Source: Eledone cirrhosa (lineage: Eukaryota). Taken from it: a DNA stretch of 64,000 nt. This document shows, piece after piece, positions 25,575 through 39,879 of this stretch; position 1 is the stretch's first letter, and every line of letters starts with the position of its first letter. Where the stretch lies: assembly GCA_964016885.1 (NCBI GenBank), contig OZ024748.1:48360001-48424000 (forward strand), written 5' to 3'. The translations under genes and the position numbers were made by a program. Below the pieces are notes generated by a model. The model had not been told where the DNA came from. It was given only the letters and a program-made list of their open reading frames with translations, and searched no databases.

Positions 25575-25935
25575 CCTAACCCATAATTTTTATTGTGGAT
25601 GATCTGAAACTATATGCCAATAACATGGATGGGATGAAGAAAAATCTTGACCTGGTTACAACATTCTCAAAGGATATAGGAATGGAGTTTGGCCAAGATA
25701 AATGCTTGTATATGACTGTAAAGTGGGGAAAAACAACAACCCAATCTAGCAACATTTGTATCAATGGCCTAACTGTTTCACCAATATCTGATGAGGACTG
25801 CTACAGATACCTGGGGATAGATGAGAACATATCCTATAATGGTATCTGTAATAAGGAACGCGTCACCAGGGAATACTACATCCGATTAAGAAATATATGG
25901 TCATCGGAACTCTCTGCGCAAAACAAAACAGTGGT
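25575..25935 (+). mobile_element. R4/Dong-type non-LTR retrotransposon RT fragment
   Basis: VDDLKLYANN...FSKDIGMEFGQDKC...YRYLGI...IWSSELSAQNK matches R4-clade RT domains 5-7. Confidence 0.8.
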
Positions 25936-26434
25936 TCAGTATCAGTAGAGCATCAGACATGCTTGGCTAGCTCTACGGATAGATAACTAAATGGTTGGAT
26001 GGTAGGGTGAATGGTTAAATGAATGGATAGATATACAGACTGATTCTTCTACAAAAACAATTACCAAAAATTACCACAACAATAACATCAGAAATAAAGA
26101 AAAATCAAAAAGGTTTTGAAAAGAACTGATAACAATTGTTAATTCTCTCTTTAAAAAGCAATTTTGACAAAAAAAAAATTTAATAATAATAATAATAATA
26201 AATGAGAGAATCTCACCAAGGTTATATTTTTATCAATATCAACATTTGAATATTTGGACTATTTATGGCTTGTGATAAATAAACAGGTGTGACTTGTGAT
26301 AAATATATTCTAAAAAGTGCTGCAATGTTGTTATCTCTTCAACAGAAGTACTAATGATATATATATATATAATGATGGTGACGATGATTATATATATATA
26401 TTAATAATATATCTAAAACACACACACACACACA

Positions 26435-26469
<35 letters not shown>

Positions 26470-26602
26470 AGAAACACAGAGAAACCAACAGATCTCAATT
26501 CAGAATAATATATATTTATCAAAAAGCTATCAGAGCAGGAGTAAATTATAGTTTGGTAAGACAGTAATTGATGAATGGCAAGGTAGGAAGGAAGGAAGAT
26601 GC

Positions 26603-27221
26603 AGGTAATTGTTGTCAACACTGCTATATACTTGTTGTTATTGTTGTCAACACTGCTATATACTTGCTGTTATTGTTGTCAACACTGCTATATACTTGCT
26701 GTAATTGTTGTCAACACTGCTATATACTTGCTGTTATTGTTGTCAACACTGCTATATATTTGCTGTTATTGTTGTCAACACTGCTATATACTTGCTGTTA
26801 TTGTTGTCAACACTGCTATATACTTGCTGTTATTGTTGTCAACACTGCTATATACTTGCTGTTATTGTTGTCAACACTGCTATATACTTGCTGTTATTGT
26901 TGTCAACACTGCTATATACTTGCTGTTATTGTTGTCAACACTGCTATATACTTGCTGTTATTGTTGTCAACACTGCTATATACTTGCTGTTATTGTTGTC
27001 AACACTGCTATATACTTGCTGTTATTGTTGTCAACACTGCTATATACTTGCTGTTATTGTTGTCAACACTGCTATATACTTGCTGTTATTGTTGTCAACA
27101 CTGCTATATACTTGCTGTTATTGTTGTCAACACTGCTATATACTTGTTGTTATTGTTGTCAACACTGCTATACACTTGTTGTTATTGTTGTCAACACTGC
27201 TATATACTTGCTGTTATTGTT
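26603..27221. repeat. 32-bp minisatellite (~19 copies)
   Basis: Unit ttgttgtcaacactgctatatacttgctgtta. Confidence 0.95.
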
Positions 27222-27271
27222 CTTATCTAACAATACTATATAATGTTGTAGTTGTTGTTGGTGTTAATGTG

Positions 27272-28144
27272 GTTGTTATGTAACTATATGTTAGTGATGT
27301 TATGTAACTATATGTTAGTGATGTTATGTAACTATATGTTAGTGTTGTTATGTAACTATGTGTTAGTGCTGTTATGTAACTATATGTTAGTGCTGTTATG
27401 TAACTGTGTGTTAGTGTTGTTATGTAACTATATGTTAGTGCTGTTATGTAACTATATGTTAGTGCTGTTGTGTAACTATATGTTAGTGCTGTTATGTAAC
27501 TATATGTTAGTGTTGTTATGTGACTATATGCTAGTGTTGTTATGTAACTATATGCTAGTGTAGTTATGTAACTATATGCTAGTGTAGTTATGTAACTATA
27601 TGTTAGTGCTGTTATGTCACTATATGTTAGTGCTGTTATGTCACTATATGTTAGTGCTGTTATGTCACTATATGTTAGTGCTGTTATGTAACTATATGTT
27701 AGTGCTGTTATGTAACTATATGCTAGTGATGTTATGTAACTATATGTTAGTGATGTTATGTAACTATATGTTAGTGTTGTTATGTAACTATATGCTAGTG
27801 CTGTTATGTAACTATATGCTAGTGTTGTTATGTAGCTATATGCTAGTGCTGTTATGTAACTATATGTTAGTGTTGTTATGTAACTATATGTTAGTTCTGT
27901 TATGTAACTATATGTTAGTGTTGTTATGTAACTATATGTTAGTGCTGTTATGTCACTATATGTTAGTGCTGTTATGTCACTATATGTTAGTGTTGTTATG
28001 TAACTATGTGTTAGTGTTGTTATGTAACTATATGTTAGTGCTGTTATGTAACTATATGCTAGTGTTGTTATGTAACTATGTGTTAGTGTTGTTATGTAAC
28101 TATATGTTAGTGTTGTTATGTAACTATATGTTAGTGTTGTTATG
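27272..28144. repeat. 24-bp minisatellite (~36 copies)
   Basis: Unit gttatgtaactatatgttagtgct with variants. Confidence 0.95.
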
Positions 28145-28171
28145 GAACAAATGTTACATAGATATTGTCAT

Positions 28172-28505
28172 GTCTTCTTCTTCGCCCTCTTATTCATGAG
28201 GGCATTGCTGGGACAGAGTCATCAAACAGTTCTTCAAACAACTCCTGTCAGAAGCAACCATCTCCAGTTGATCCAGCTGAGTCCTCATGGATGTTTTCCA
28301 ACCATTTTCCTGGGTCTCCTGGGTCTCCTGGGTCTCACACCGGTTGGTTTTGCCCTAAAATATGTCCAGCGATTCTTTCCCCGAGACATTCTAACCACAT
28401 GTCTGTAGTATCGGAGCTGTGATCTCTCAATTCGAAGAAATAGTGGCTCTACCTCTGGAGCGACTCTAATGTTACTCCAAAGACCCTTCGGAGGAAGCCG
28501 ATTTT
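28172..28505 (-). mobile_element. RTE-clade LINE 3' remnant (same family as 57242-58010)
   Basis: IGFLRRVFGVTLE..VEPLFLRIERSQLRYYRHVVRM; (GAA)n tail. Confidence 0.8.
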
Positions 28506-28528
28506 AGCGGCAGGGGAGTGGGGAGATA

Positions 28529-28900
28529 TTGGTGGTTGTGGTGGGGACCGTGGTGATGGTGTTGATGGTGATGGTGGTGTTGGTGGTGGAGATGGTGGCA
28601 GTAGTTGAGATAGTGGTGGTTGTGGTGGTGGTGGTGGTGGTTGTGATGGTGTTGATGGTGATGGTGTTGGTGGTGGAGATGGTGGTAGTAGTTGAGATAG
28701 TGGTGGTTGTGGTGGTGGTGGTTGTGATGGTGTTGATGGTGATGGTAGTGTTGATGGTGGAGATGGTGGTAGTAGTTGAGATAGTGGTTGTGGTTGTGTT
28801 GATGGTGTTGGTAGTGATGGTGGTGGAGATGGCAATGGTAGAAGTGGTGGTGGTGGAGATGGCGATGGTAGCAGTGGTGGTGGTGGAGGTAGTGGTGAAG
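28529..28900. repeat. Degenerate (GGT/GAT) low-complexity repeat with ~60-70-bp higher-order units
   Basis: Recurring gtagttgagatagtggtggttgt. Confidence 0.85.
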
Positions 28901-29648
28901 CTGAATTAAAATGAATGGTGTGGAAAAATACGTGCCTGGAAAACTGTGTTGGAATAAAAGAGGTAAGGTCATGGTGAAGGTATTGGGGGCTGGGAGTGGA
29001 AGTTTGTAGAATAAACAACACACAGATGTTTAAAAGCATCAGTTCCCTTAATTATATGTGTTTCTTTTGTTGACATGGAAGCCAGCCATGTGTGATCCCA
29101 CTATCACCATAATATTATGTATAATATAACATGATGTGATTCATTAATGAAAAGGAATTAATTAGAGAAAAATTGAAATGGAATGTACTCCTAAAATCAG
29201 TTGATTTGATCAAGCCAAAGACGATGCCAGTAATCCAATTGTTGCCATTAGTAAATTGAAGCTAAAAATTATGTGGTTATTAAAATATGACAATCCCCCT
29301 CCTCCTCCTCTTCTTCCTTCTCCTCCTCCTCCTACTAAAATAGGCTGGCTATTAAAATGGCTACCACTTTAAAATGAAAAATGAAATAGATAAATAAATA
29401 ATTAAAAGTAGGAGCCTGCTGTGCGAGGGATTTCTATTTACTTCACAACCAACAAAACATTTTCCATTTTCCATTTTTCGTATTTTTGCTATTTGTTTTA
29501 AAGGGGTAGTGAATTATTAAGAGAATAGATAACATGATGTGCTGTATCTGTTCCAGATCTCTCTCAGTTCTCAGTTCTCAGTTCTAATCCTGCCAAGAAT
29601 AACTTTGTCTTTCATCATTTCAGGATCAATAAATAAAGAACCAGTCTA

Positions 29649-31477
29649 GGACAGTAGGGTGGTGAAATTGGTAGAGTACCAGACAGTAGGGTGGTGAAAT
29701 TGGTAGAGTACCAGACAGTAGGGTGGTGAAATTGGTAGAGTACCAGAGAGTAGGGTGGTGAAATTGGTAGAGTACCAGAGAGTAGGGTGGTGAAATTGGT
29801 AGAGTACCAGACAGTAGGGTGGTGAAATTGGTAGAGTACCAGACACTAGGGTGGTGAAATTGGTAGAGTACCAGACAGTAGGGTGGTGAAATTGGTAGAG
29901 TACCAGAGAGTAGGGTGGTGAAATTGGTAGAGTACCAGACACTAGGGTGGTGAAATTGGTAGAGTACCAGACAGTAGGGTGGTGAAATTGGTAGAGTACC
30001 AGAGAGTAGGGTGGTGAAATTGGTAGAGTACCAGACAGTAGGGTGGTGAAATTGGTAGAGTACCAGACAGTAGGGTGGTGAAATTGGTAGAGTACCAGAG
30101 AGTAGGGTGGTGAAATTGGTAGAGTACCAGAGAGTAGGGTGGTGAAATTGGTAGAGTACCAGACAGTAGGGTGGTGAAATTGGTAGAGTACCAGACAGTA
30201 GGGTGGTGAAATTGGTAGAGTACCAGAGAGTAGGGTGGTGAAATTGGTAGAGTACCAGACAGTAGGGTGGTGAAATTGGTAGAGTACCAGACAGTAGGGT
30301 GGTGAAATTGGTAGAGTACCAGACAGTAGGGTGGTGAAATTGGTAGAGTACCAGACAGTAGGGTGGTGAAATTGGTAGAGTACCAGACAGTAGGGTGGTG
30401 AAATTGGTAGAGTACCAGACAGTAGGGTGGTGAAATTGGTAGAGTACCAGAGAGTAGGGTGGTGAAATTGGTAGAGTACCAGAGAGTAGGGTGGTGAAAT
30501 TGGTAGAGTACCAGACAGTAGGGTGGTGAAATTGGTAGAGTACCAGACAGTAGGGTGGTGAAATTGGTAGAGTACCAGAGAGTAGGGTGGTGAAATTGGT
30601 AGAGTACCAGACAGTAGGGTGGTGAAATTGGTAGAGTACCAGAGAGTAGGGTGGTGAAATTGGTAGAGTACCAGACAGTAGGGTGGTGAAATTGGTAGAG
30701 TACCAGACAGTAGGGTGGTGAAATTGGTAGAGTACCAGACAGTAGGGTGGTGAAATTGGTAGAGTACCAGACAGTAGGGTGGTGAAATTGGTAGAGTACC
30801 AGAGAGTAGGGTGGTGAAATTGGTAGAGTACCAGAGAGTAGGGTGGTGAAATTGGTAGAGTACCAGACAGTAGGGTGGTGAAATTGGTAGAGTACCAGAC
30901 AGTAGGGTGGTGAAATTGGTAGAGTACCAGACAGTAGGGTGGTGAAATTGGTAGAGTACCAGAGAGTAGGGTGGTGAAATTGGTAGAGTACCAGACAGTA
31001 GGGTGGTGAAATTGGTAGAGTACCAGAGAGTAGGGTGGTGAAATTGGTAGAGTACCAGACAGTAGGGTGGTGAAATTGGTAGAGTACCAGAGAGTAGGGT
31101 GGTGAAATTGGTAGAGTACCAGAGAGTAGGGTGGTGAAATTGGTAGAGTACCAGACAGTAGGGTGGTGAAATTGGTAGAGTACCAGACAGTAGGGTGGTG
31201 AAATTGGTAGAGTACCAGACAGTAGGGTGGTGAAATTGGTAGAGTACCAGAGAGTAGGGTGGTGAAATTGGTAGAGTACCAGACAGTAGGGTGGTGAAAT
31301 TGGTAGAGTACCAGAGAGTAGGGTGGTGAAATTGGTAGAGTACCAGACAGTAGGGTGGTGAAATTGGTAGAGTACCAGAGAGTAGGGTGGTGAAATTGGT
31401 AGAGTACCAGAGAGTAGGGTGGTGAAATTGGTAGAGTACCAGACAGTAGGGTGGTGAAATTGGTAGAGTACCAGAGA
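29649..31477. repeat. 32-bp minisatellite (~57 copies)
   Basis: Unit (c/g)agtagggtggtgaaattggtagagtaccaga. Confidence 0.97.
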
Positions 31478-32292
31478 TGTGGTAATCATGATGATGATGA
31501 TGATGGCAATGATGATGATGATGGCGATGTTGGTGAGGATGATGGCGATGTTGGTGAGGATGAGGATGATGGAAAAGATATTTCCTGTTATTTATGATAT
31601 CCATGATTAATATAACAAATGTTATTCCATAAGGTGGAACACCAGGAGATAAAGGTAATTACTGGTGGTGGTGGTGGTGGGAGTGGTGGGAGTGGTGGGT
31701 GATGGTGGTGGAGGTGGTGGTGGGTGATGGTGTTGGAGGAGGTGGTGGTGGTGGAGGTGGTGGGAGTGGTGGGTGATGGTGGTGGTGGTGGTGGGTGATG
31801 GTGTTGGAAGAGGTGGTGGTGGTGGTGAGGAGTAGTGGAGGTGGCGGGGTGGGGGGTGGGAGCAGTGGTTGTGGTGGCGGCGGCGGCAGTGGTGGTGGTG
31901 ATGATGATGGTGGCGGGAGTGGTGGTGAAGATGATGACACAGTGGAGAAAAGAGGGAGTTGGTGCTGGAGATGGCAACAAGAGCAGTGGTGACATAGATG
32001 ATGATGATGGTGATGATGGTGATGGTTCATGGTGATGGTGATGATACTGGTCATGAACATGATGTATAAAGATATCAGATGATGATGATGACAATGATGA
32101 TGACAATGATGATAATAATAAAGATGATGATGATGATGATGATGATAATGATGAGAACAAGTAGAGTAAAAGGAGAAGATGGAGAAACATACCAACATCA
32201 ACAACAAACTATCCTTGTATTTACAGTTTACAATCCCTATTCTGTGAGAATCTATAAATGGTATGAAAATCATTATATATATATATATAAAT

Positions 32293-32370
<78 letters not shown>

Positions 32371-32537
32371 ACTTGTGCTTTTTAGTTATTTTTATTTTAT
32401 TTTTTCTTTCTTCAATATCTTCAATGCTAAGGATAGGAAATAACCTCTATATTATATCACACACACACACAGACATAAACACACTCACATACACATAAAT
32501 TCAACTACAGATACACACATATTTATAAGTGTAATAT

Positions 32538-32608
<71 letters not shown>

Positions 32609-32726
32609 CGCACACACACACACATATATATACCTATACATATATATTTGTGTGTGTATATATATATATATATATATACACACATGTGCACACACACACA
32701 CACATATATACCTATACATATATATT

Positions 32727-32760
<34 letters not shown>

Positions 32761-33189
32761 AGAGAAGATAAGGTGTTTATATGTGGTTGTTATGCTGTAA
32801 CTTCTTGAGGATAAGCCGGCTTGATCAATCCTAAAGCACTTCACGTCAGTAGTTTATCCCAGGTAAGAGATGGTGATTAGGAGTGATGGAGCAACCCAGT
32901 GACAGCTATGACAAGGCGAGTAATGGCCGCCTCTAAAAAAGACTAGTCTTTATGAGTTTGACAGAGTGCCAAATTGGTGACTGGCACAAATAAGACCACC
33001 AAAACAGCAACTGCAATATGGTGAGAGGCACAAAAAGGAAACATATCGCATTGTCCTTCATGTGGGTTAACAAGGGATGCGTTCGGGCCTTATTCAGTTG
33101 CTCAGCAATTCTCCTATGAAGGGCCCTCAGCTTTTACAACCAGAACCCTTATACACCATCTCTGCTGAGATGGTGTACAAGGGTTTCCA

Positions 33190-33460
33190 GAATGGTATAT
33201 TTCTACACTGGATAGTTACCACATCAGATGTTATCTCCACTTCTCCCTGTTGATTATCACCAATGTCATGTTTGATGTTAGTCAACCACTCCACACTTCT
33301 ATTGTGCTCCTACACTCCAGATATCACTCCAAAACTTTTTACTTTAATTCACATCAGGAATTACATCATCATTCCTAACCATGCCATTTACCTCCTAATA
33401 GAATCTCTTTTGATTTTGTAGGAAATGTACGTTGTTTATACTGCATAATCTTTGCATAGA
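33190..33460 (-). mobile_element. R4-type LINE pre-RT fragment
   Basis: Degraded NQKRFY...[18 protein letters not shown]...EIT. Confidence 0.6.
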
Positions 33461-34634
33461 GTATAGTGTTAAGTCTACATACGTGAGACTAGTGGTAACT
33501 TATTAAAACAGCCAGGAGTTAATAACCATGTCAACCAAACAATAACTATACTACTGCTGCCTCTCTTGTCTTATATTAACATACTAAAGAGACTAGCATT
33601 TGAAGTACTAACTAAACTAAACTAGTTTTATCAGTCAAGAGAAAGTGAGTTAATGATAATGTGTTTAATGTATAGAGTAATAAAAATACTTACATTTGAC
33701 TAACAACTAACACTTCGATGTTAGTCTCCCTAATAGGATACATGAAAGCTTCTAGATAACGCTTAGTTTGTATGTGTGTGTGTGTGTGTGTATACAAAGT
33801 TTAATAAAAGATTCATCATCAACTCCACTACCTCCACCACCACCATCATCAACCCCACCACCACCACCACCCCAAACAATGAAAAGGCACCCAGTCCACT
33901 CCATTAAGAGGTCATGCTGGTGACACAACAAAAAATTGACAGTCCACCCTGTCAGGCAGTTGTATTGGTACAGCGACAAAAGAGCACCCATCTACCCCAT
34001 CAGATGGTCATGCTGGTGATACAACCAAAAAGCACCCAATCCACCCTGTTACGCTGTCATTCTGATGCCATGATAAAAACCACCCAGTCCCCGCTGTAAT
34101 GTGCTTCATATTCGGAAGGGCATCTAGCCATAGAAAGCAAGCCTGAAACAGTTTAGTATGAGCAAGACACAGTCACCTGATTTGTCTCATAACGTGACAA
34201 CCTATTTCACCCATGCAAGCATGGAAAATAGACATTTAACATTGATGAGGGAATTTAGATCAATTTGATGTTAGAGGCATAGAAACCAAGACAGTTTTTT
34301 TATCTTGCTTCCAATAGAATTGCTCAACGATATCAATGCCACATGCGTAGATAATTGGCTTTGGAGCACACTACAGTGGTTCATTCATAGGAAAGTGGCA
34401 CCCACATAGAACAAACAAGGCTGATAACAATCCAAGATTTAAGAATTACAACAGTTTAACTAAGAAAGAGTTGAGATACTTACACTTCCATTACCTGGAT
34501 GATTAAATTTTGGTTTCAACCTTTGAAAACATTTGCCAACCACAAGTATTAAACATTGATTATTGGCAAATTAAGACTAAGAAGTTCTTTTCAACAAATA
34601 GTTCTACTGAGTGGGATGGAAGTTTACATCATTT

Positions 34635-35219
34635 AATGTCTGCTATTTCATGCTTGCATAGTTTAGACAGGTCTTATCTATGCTTGAATGGGTTGGGCGG
34701 GTCTATTCCATGTTTGCATGGGTTGGACGGGTCTATTCCATGCTTGCATGGGTTGGGCGGGTCTATTCCATGTTTGCATGGGTTGGGCGGGTCTATTCCA
34801 TGCTTGCATGGGTTGGGCGGGTCTATTCCATGTTTGCATGAGTTGGGTGGGTCTATTCCATGCTTGCATGGGTTGGACGAGTCTATTCCATGCTTGCATG
34901 GGTTGGACGGGTCTATTCCATGTTTGCATGAGTTGGGTGGGTCTATTCCATGCTTGCATGGGTTGGACGGGTCTATTCCATGCTTGCATGGGTTGAACGG
35001 GTCTATTCCATGCTTGCATGGGTTGGGCGGGCCTATTCCATGCTTGCATGGGTTGGGCGGGTCTATTCCATGCTTGCATGGGTTGGGCGGTTCTATTCCA
35101 TGCTTGCATGGGTTGGGCGGGTCTATTCCATGCTTGCATGGGTTGAACGGGTCTATTCCATGCTTGCATGGGTTGGACGGGTCTATTCCATGCTTGCATG
35201 GGTTGGACGGGTCTATTCC
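34635..35219. repeat. 30-bp minisatellite (~19 copies) derived from a SINE 3' end
   Basis: Unit gtctattccatgcttgcatgggttggacgg; compare SINE ends such as 22395-22426 gtctatcttccacgctagcatgggttagacgg. Confidence 0.92.
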
Positions 35220-35809
35220 TCCTTCATCATCTACTCTGTGATTTCTTTCCAAAGATTCCAATGTCTGTTATTATTCCTACTATTATAAATCATTATCCAT
35301 AGCATTATTATCCTTACGGGATTGATAAAATAAAGTACCAGTAATGCACTGGGTAATTGCTGGCCTTGTGCCTAAAGTAGAAACAATTATTATTATTATT
35401 ACTATTATTATTACTATACTAAGGGTGGTGGATTGGCAGTATCGGTAGAGAATCGGACGCCATGCTTTGCAGCATAGAGTTACGGCCCTCTATGATCTGA
35501 GTTCAAATCCCGCCGAGGTTAACTTTGTCTTTCATCCTCACGGGGTCGATAAAATAAAGTACCAGTCACGCACTGGGGTCAATTTAATCGACTTTCCCCT
35601 CCCCAAAAAATTGCTGGCCTTGTGCCTATATAAGAAACAATTATTATTATTATTATCCGAGTTCAAATCCCACCGAAGTTAACTTTGCCTTTCATCCTTA
35701 CAGGGTTGATAAAATAAAGTACCAGTAATGTACTGAGTAATTGCTGGCCTTGTGCCAAAAGTAGAAACAATTATTATTATTATTATTATCATTGCCATGT
35801 CATCATCAT

Positions 35810-38800
35810 CAGATGTGTTGTTTTTGACTCCCATAAGTTTTGCTTTTTTCACTCATTTAAATTACTATTCTGTTTTAAATTTTATTGTAAAGGGGATATA
35901 AGTCACCAGTCTTTATCCCCAAGAAAGTAGAGCCCTCAGTATTTGGGCCTTTTGGCCAAATATTTTAAGCTTGTATCGTATTTTTACCCCAAAGGTTATT
36001 TTTTCATGAAAAATGGCAACAGCCACCCTCCTCCATGTCGGATCAAGACTGCAAGGAAGTACTAGCACGTGTCACGGAAGGGGAAACAAATGTCATTACC
36101 ACCACCACAACAACAACAACACACATCTATAATGTAACTAGTGTAACAAATCAAACCGGAAGCAATATTAACAATATTTATGACAGTTTCCCAGCTTTAA
36201 CACCGCCTTCACCACAAGATATGTTGGACATTAACCCTTTAGCATTCACATTACTCTATATATACTATTATATTTTCATGGTAAAGGCTTTACTTCGCAT
36301 AATTATCTCACATAATATCGAATCTATGAGATTTTGAAAGTATTTATTTTGATAACAATACCTTAACATCAGTATGAGTGGCCAATTACAGCCAGTTTCA
36401 ACAGAAAGAGGTAGAGAATTCTGGCCGGTTTTGGCTGGTTTGAACATTGAAGGGTTAAAGTATAAAGAACAACGACATTGACATCACAACCACAACAACT
36501 ACAAAAACTGACGCGAATTCAAACATTGTACACAATAAAAGCAACAACAACACTACTACCAACAACAACAACAACAGCAACAATAAAGACAACCTGAACA
36601 CCACCACAGCAGCAATAAAGATAACAACAGCAGCAGCAGCAGCAGCAGCAATGACAGCAGCAACCACAGCAGCAGCAACGATGGTACATCTTTCGCAAAG
36701 GTGGCCAAAACCGTAGAAAGAGTTCACATCAGTGAGGAGGAAATGAGGGAGGCCAAACCACTGGTCAAGAAGAATGGCCAAGGGTCCACCTGATTTCATG
36801 TAGAACAGATGTCTGTGTATGGTCTCATACCATACAATTGGGATTAAGTCACGCCTGATGGAGCGGGCGAGTGAGTCCCAGGTCCAAAAGGCTCAGGGTG
36901 CCATGTGGACACATAAACTACACATAGCCTGCAGGACCAAATATGGAACAGTCAATGTTTTCTTCACAGAGATGCTAGAAGCCAGGGCACACTCCATCAT
37001 ACCACTGCTAAGTGAAGAGATAACAATGGTGCCCACCTACTACAGACAAAATGTTGTCGGAGTTCACGTAACTCAAGTTCTGCCCAGAATAACCTTTCCC
37101 TGGTTGGTGGCAGCCGTCCTCGCTGACATTGAGGAAAACCATTCGATCTTGGAAATTACCAGCATAAAACAAGAACACTGGATAGGATCGGGGATGAAGC
37201 TCCTAATCAAAATGGACCAAAAAGTACAGAGACTACCCCTGATGTTATCGACCTCGATGAAAACACTCACCTCGACTGAGCTGCAGTCCTGGGTCGAGAA
37301 GAGACCGAAGACTGGGTGCTTGGCATCTGGACTGTTGCCAGACAATGCAGTCAGTGGAAGTTCTACTCTTGAGTTCTATAGAGGATTAGTGGTGGGCAAG
37401 TGCGACAATGCACTTAGAAAGTGTCTGGGCATCGACCAAGTCAAACTGACCAGTCTGTTCCAGAGGACTTTCGAGCTGGAGGCTATGGATAACTTCCAGA
37501 AATCCCTCGCTTGTCAGTTCTATTAGGGGGCAGTGCCAGTTCGAGATAAATGCTACAGGCATGGAAGTACCAGGAATAGAGCAAGTTGCGAGGACGTCGG
37601 GACTTCTACAGAGAGTAGCAAGGCAACGTCCATAGCACCCACACAAAGACCATGGACAACAAAAACAACAGCAGTGCCAGCAACAGAAACAATCGCACTA
37701 ACTGCACCTGTGCCAAGAACAGCAGACCAGGCTCCAACACCAACAACAAATGAGAGAGTAGAACTCATACCCCTCCCCGACCTCTCACAGTCGTACACGG
37801 AGTATGAGGCACAGAAGAGTGGAAAACAGTCTGGAACAAAAACAAACTAAAAAACAGCACCTTTCACCCTCTTAAAGCAAGGAAAGCCAAAAAAAAAGCT
37901 ATAAGGCAACTTGCAGCAACACCACCATCATCACCAACAACAACAACGCCACTAACACCAGCATCGCAAATACAACAAAGCACACACACACCCAGCAACA
38001 GCAACAAAAAAACAACAACAAAATAAAAGCCCTCTCTAATAAAAAAAAAATACACTGCCATCAACACAGACAATGAGGATTTGCTGAAACATACAATTAC
38101 ACTCAAGTATTACAGACAGCAACAACTACTACACATCACCAACACCAAGTATACCCCCAAACTGTCAAATAATTGAACTAGATGTAGAACAATCAAAGAT
38201 TTAAAAAGTAAATTTCCCAACGCAGTTAGGGATTTCAGAGGGTTGCTGACAAAAGAATATCCACAGATATTCTCAAGGAGGTGCCAAAGGATGATTCAAC
38301 CACCCCTTCCCTACACAAACAGGGTAAGTGATCCTTTCTCACTTATCCTATTCCTCACTCAACATGACCTTACTCAGAATAGGCAGTGTGAATGCATGTG
38401 GCCTGGGGTCGTCATGGAAGCAGGGTCACCCACTCAATGACCTCAGGTCAATGAACATAGATGTGGTGGCCATCAGCGAGACCAGAATTTCTGAGGCATG
38501 TGCCTTTGCACCCATCTTCGTAGTGGTGTCAAGCGCCAAACGCATCGAGACGATTGGCACTACACTAAGAGAATATGAGGCGGTGACAGGAGCAATGATT
38601 AACCAGGAAAAGTTGGTGAGCCTGCGACTCAGCAGCTGGAGAGGCAGGTCCATGCCATCCAACAGCGTCGTCGGGTGCTGGACGGAAAGACTGGTTAAAC
38701 TGCTAGGGTTCCGGTTCAGTTTGAACTTCCAGACGGATAAAAACTGGGAATAGGTGACGAGCAGGGTGGTCTCTCTTACCCACAAATGGGCCGAGAGGAA

Positions 38801-39840
38801 GCTGTCCCTGAAAGGTCGAGCGGAGGTGGCGAACGCGTACATCACGTCTGTTGTTTACTACCACCTTGTCCTAAGCCACATCTGACTGTGCTGGAGCATT
38901 TGCTCTTTCAACTTTTGTGGACACGGTTTGATGGTCAGGCGGTCCATCTGCTGTCAACACCCACTACGTGGAGAGCTGGACATGTCATGGCTGATGATGC
39001 ACAGACATGCGCTCAGGCTATGGCATCTTCACTTCTTCCTCGACAGTGAACAGGTGTGGTCGCCGTTTGCTAGATGCATTTTTCCCCAGCTTGTCTCTTT
39101 GATGGAGCTGCAGTCCTGGGTCAAGCGAAGACCAAGAGGGAGCACTTGGAGATTCGAATGTCTTCAGGCGCTCACAGCCCTCGACCAATCAGGTGATGCG
39201 ATTGGTGGAAACTCCACCTTGGCGCTCTATAGAGGGTTAGTGTAGGGAAAGAGTGACGACATCCTTGGGGAGACTCTGGGCGTCGACGAAAATCAACTAG
39301 CCAATCTCTTCGGGAGAACTTTCGGGCCAGGGCCCATGGACAACTTCCAGAAATCCCTGGCCTGGCAGTGTTACCAGAGAGCTTTGCCAGTTTGGGATAT
39401 ACCCTACAGGCATGGAAGTGCCGTCAGCTGGGCCTGTCCAAGATGTGGGCAGGGTGACGAACCCGTCCTGCACACACTTGTCCAGTGTCCAAGCATTGCT
39501 GACTTATGGGTTTATGTCGAACACCTGCTTTTGTTGAAAGATGGGTGAAAGAGGCAAGCATGGCCTGAATGAATGGGTCTGCTCTGAGATTGGAGGTGGA
39601 AAACTGGGAAAGGGCACTTGCCCTGGTGGTCAGGGTCACTGTGGCTTTTTTAATGGGCTTTCTCCATGAGTGACCCTCGAAAGTCTCCCCCCATTGGGGA
39701 ATTTTCCTTTGTTTCATTTTTTTTTTGTTATTTCCTTTGTTATTGTTTTTTTCTTTACATGCATAAATGCCCATTTGTACCATCCTGTGATGTCTTTAAT
39801 GTTATACTTTATGTCAACCCTTGTGGTTAATAAAGAAAAC
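35810..39840 (+). mobile_element. L1/Tx1-clade LINE remnant, internally deleted and rearranged
   Basis: A Thr/Asn-rich ORF1-like region, then the ORF2 start MTLLRIGSVNACGL...DVVAISETR (APE endonuclease) fused to the post-RT EYEAVTGAMINQEK. C-terminal CPRCGQGDEPVLHTLVQCP zinc knuckle; AATAAA/A-rich end at ~39830. Confidence 0.8.
36235..36454 (-). mobile_element. piggyBac-like MITE inserted in the L1/Tx1 remnant
   Basis: TTAA|CCCTTT...AAGGG|TTAA; reverse copy of 17829-18047. Confidence 0.85.
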
Positions 39841-39879
39841 ATTATTAACATTATTATTATTATTTCCATCATTATTTTT

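Noticed and set aside
26568-28199. Cys/Leu-rich repeat ORFs
   Set aside because: Translations of the 32-bp and 24-bp minisatellites.
29040-29460. Unique non-repetitive island rich in TAAT/TGATT motifs (possible enhancer; similar islands at ~19870-20080 and 21930-22040)
   Set aside because: Such motifs are expected in AT-rich DNA; cross-species conservation data would be needed.
29646-31604. 652-aa and 515-aa repeat ORFs; possible CRISPR-like or telomeric array
   Set aside because: A pure 32-bp tandem repeat with no unique spacers, no cas genes and no TTAGGG/TTAGG arrays.
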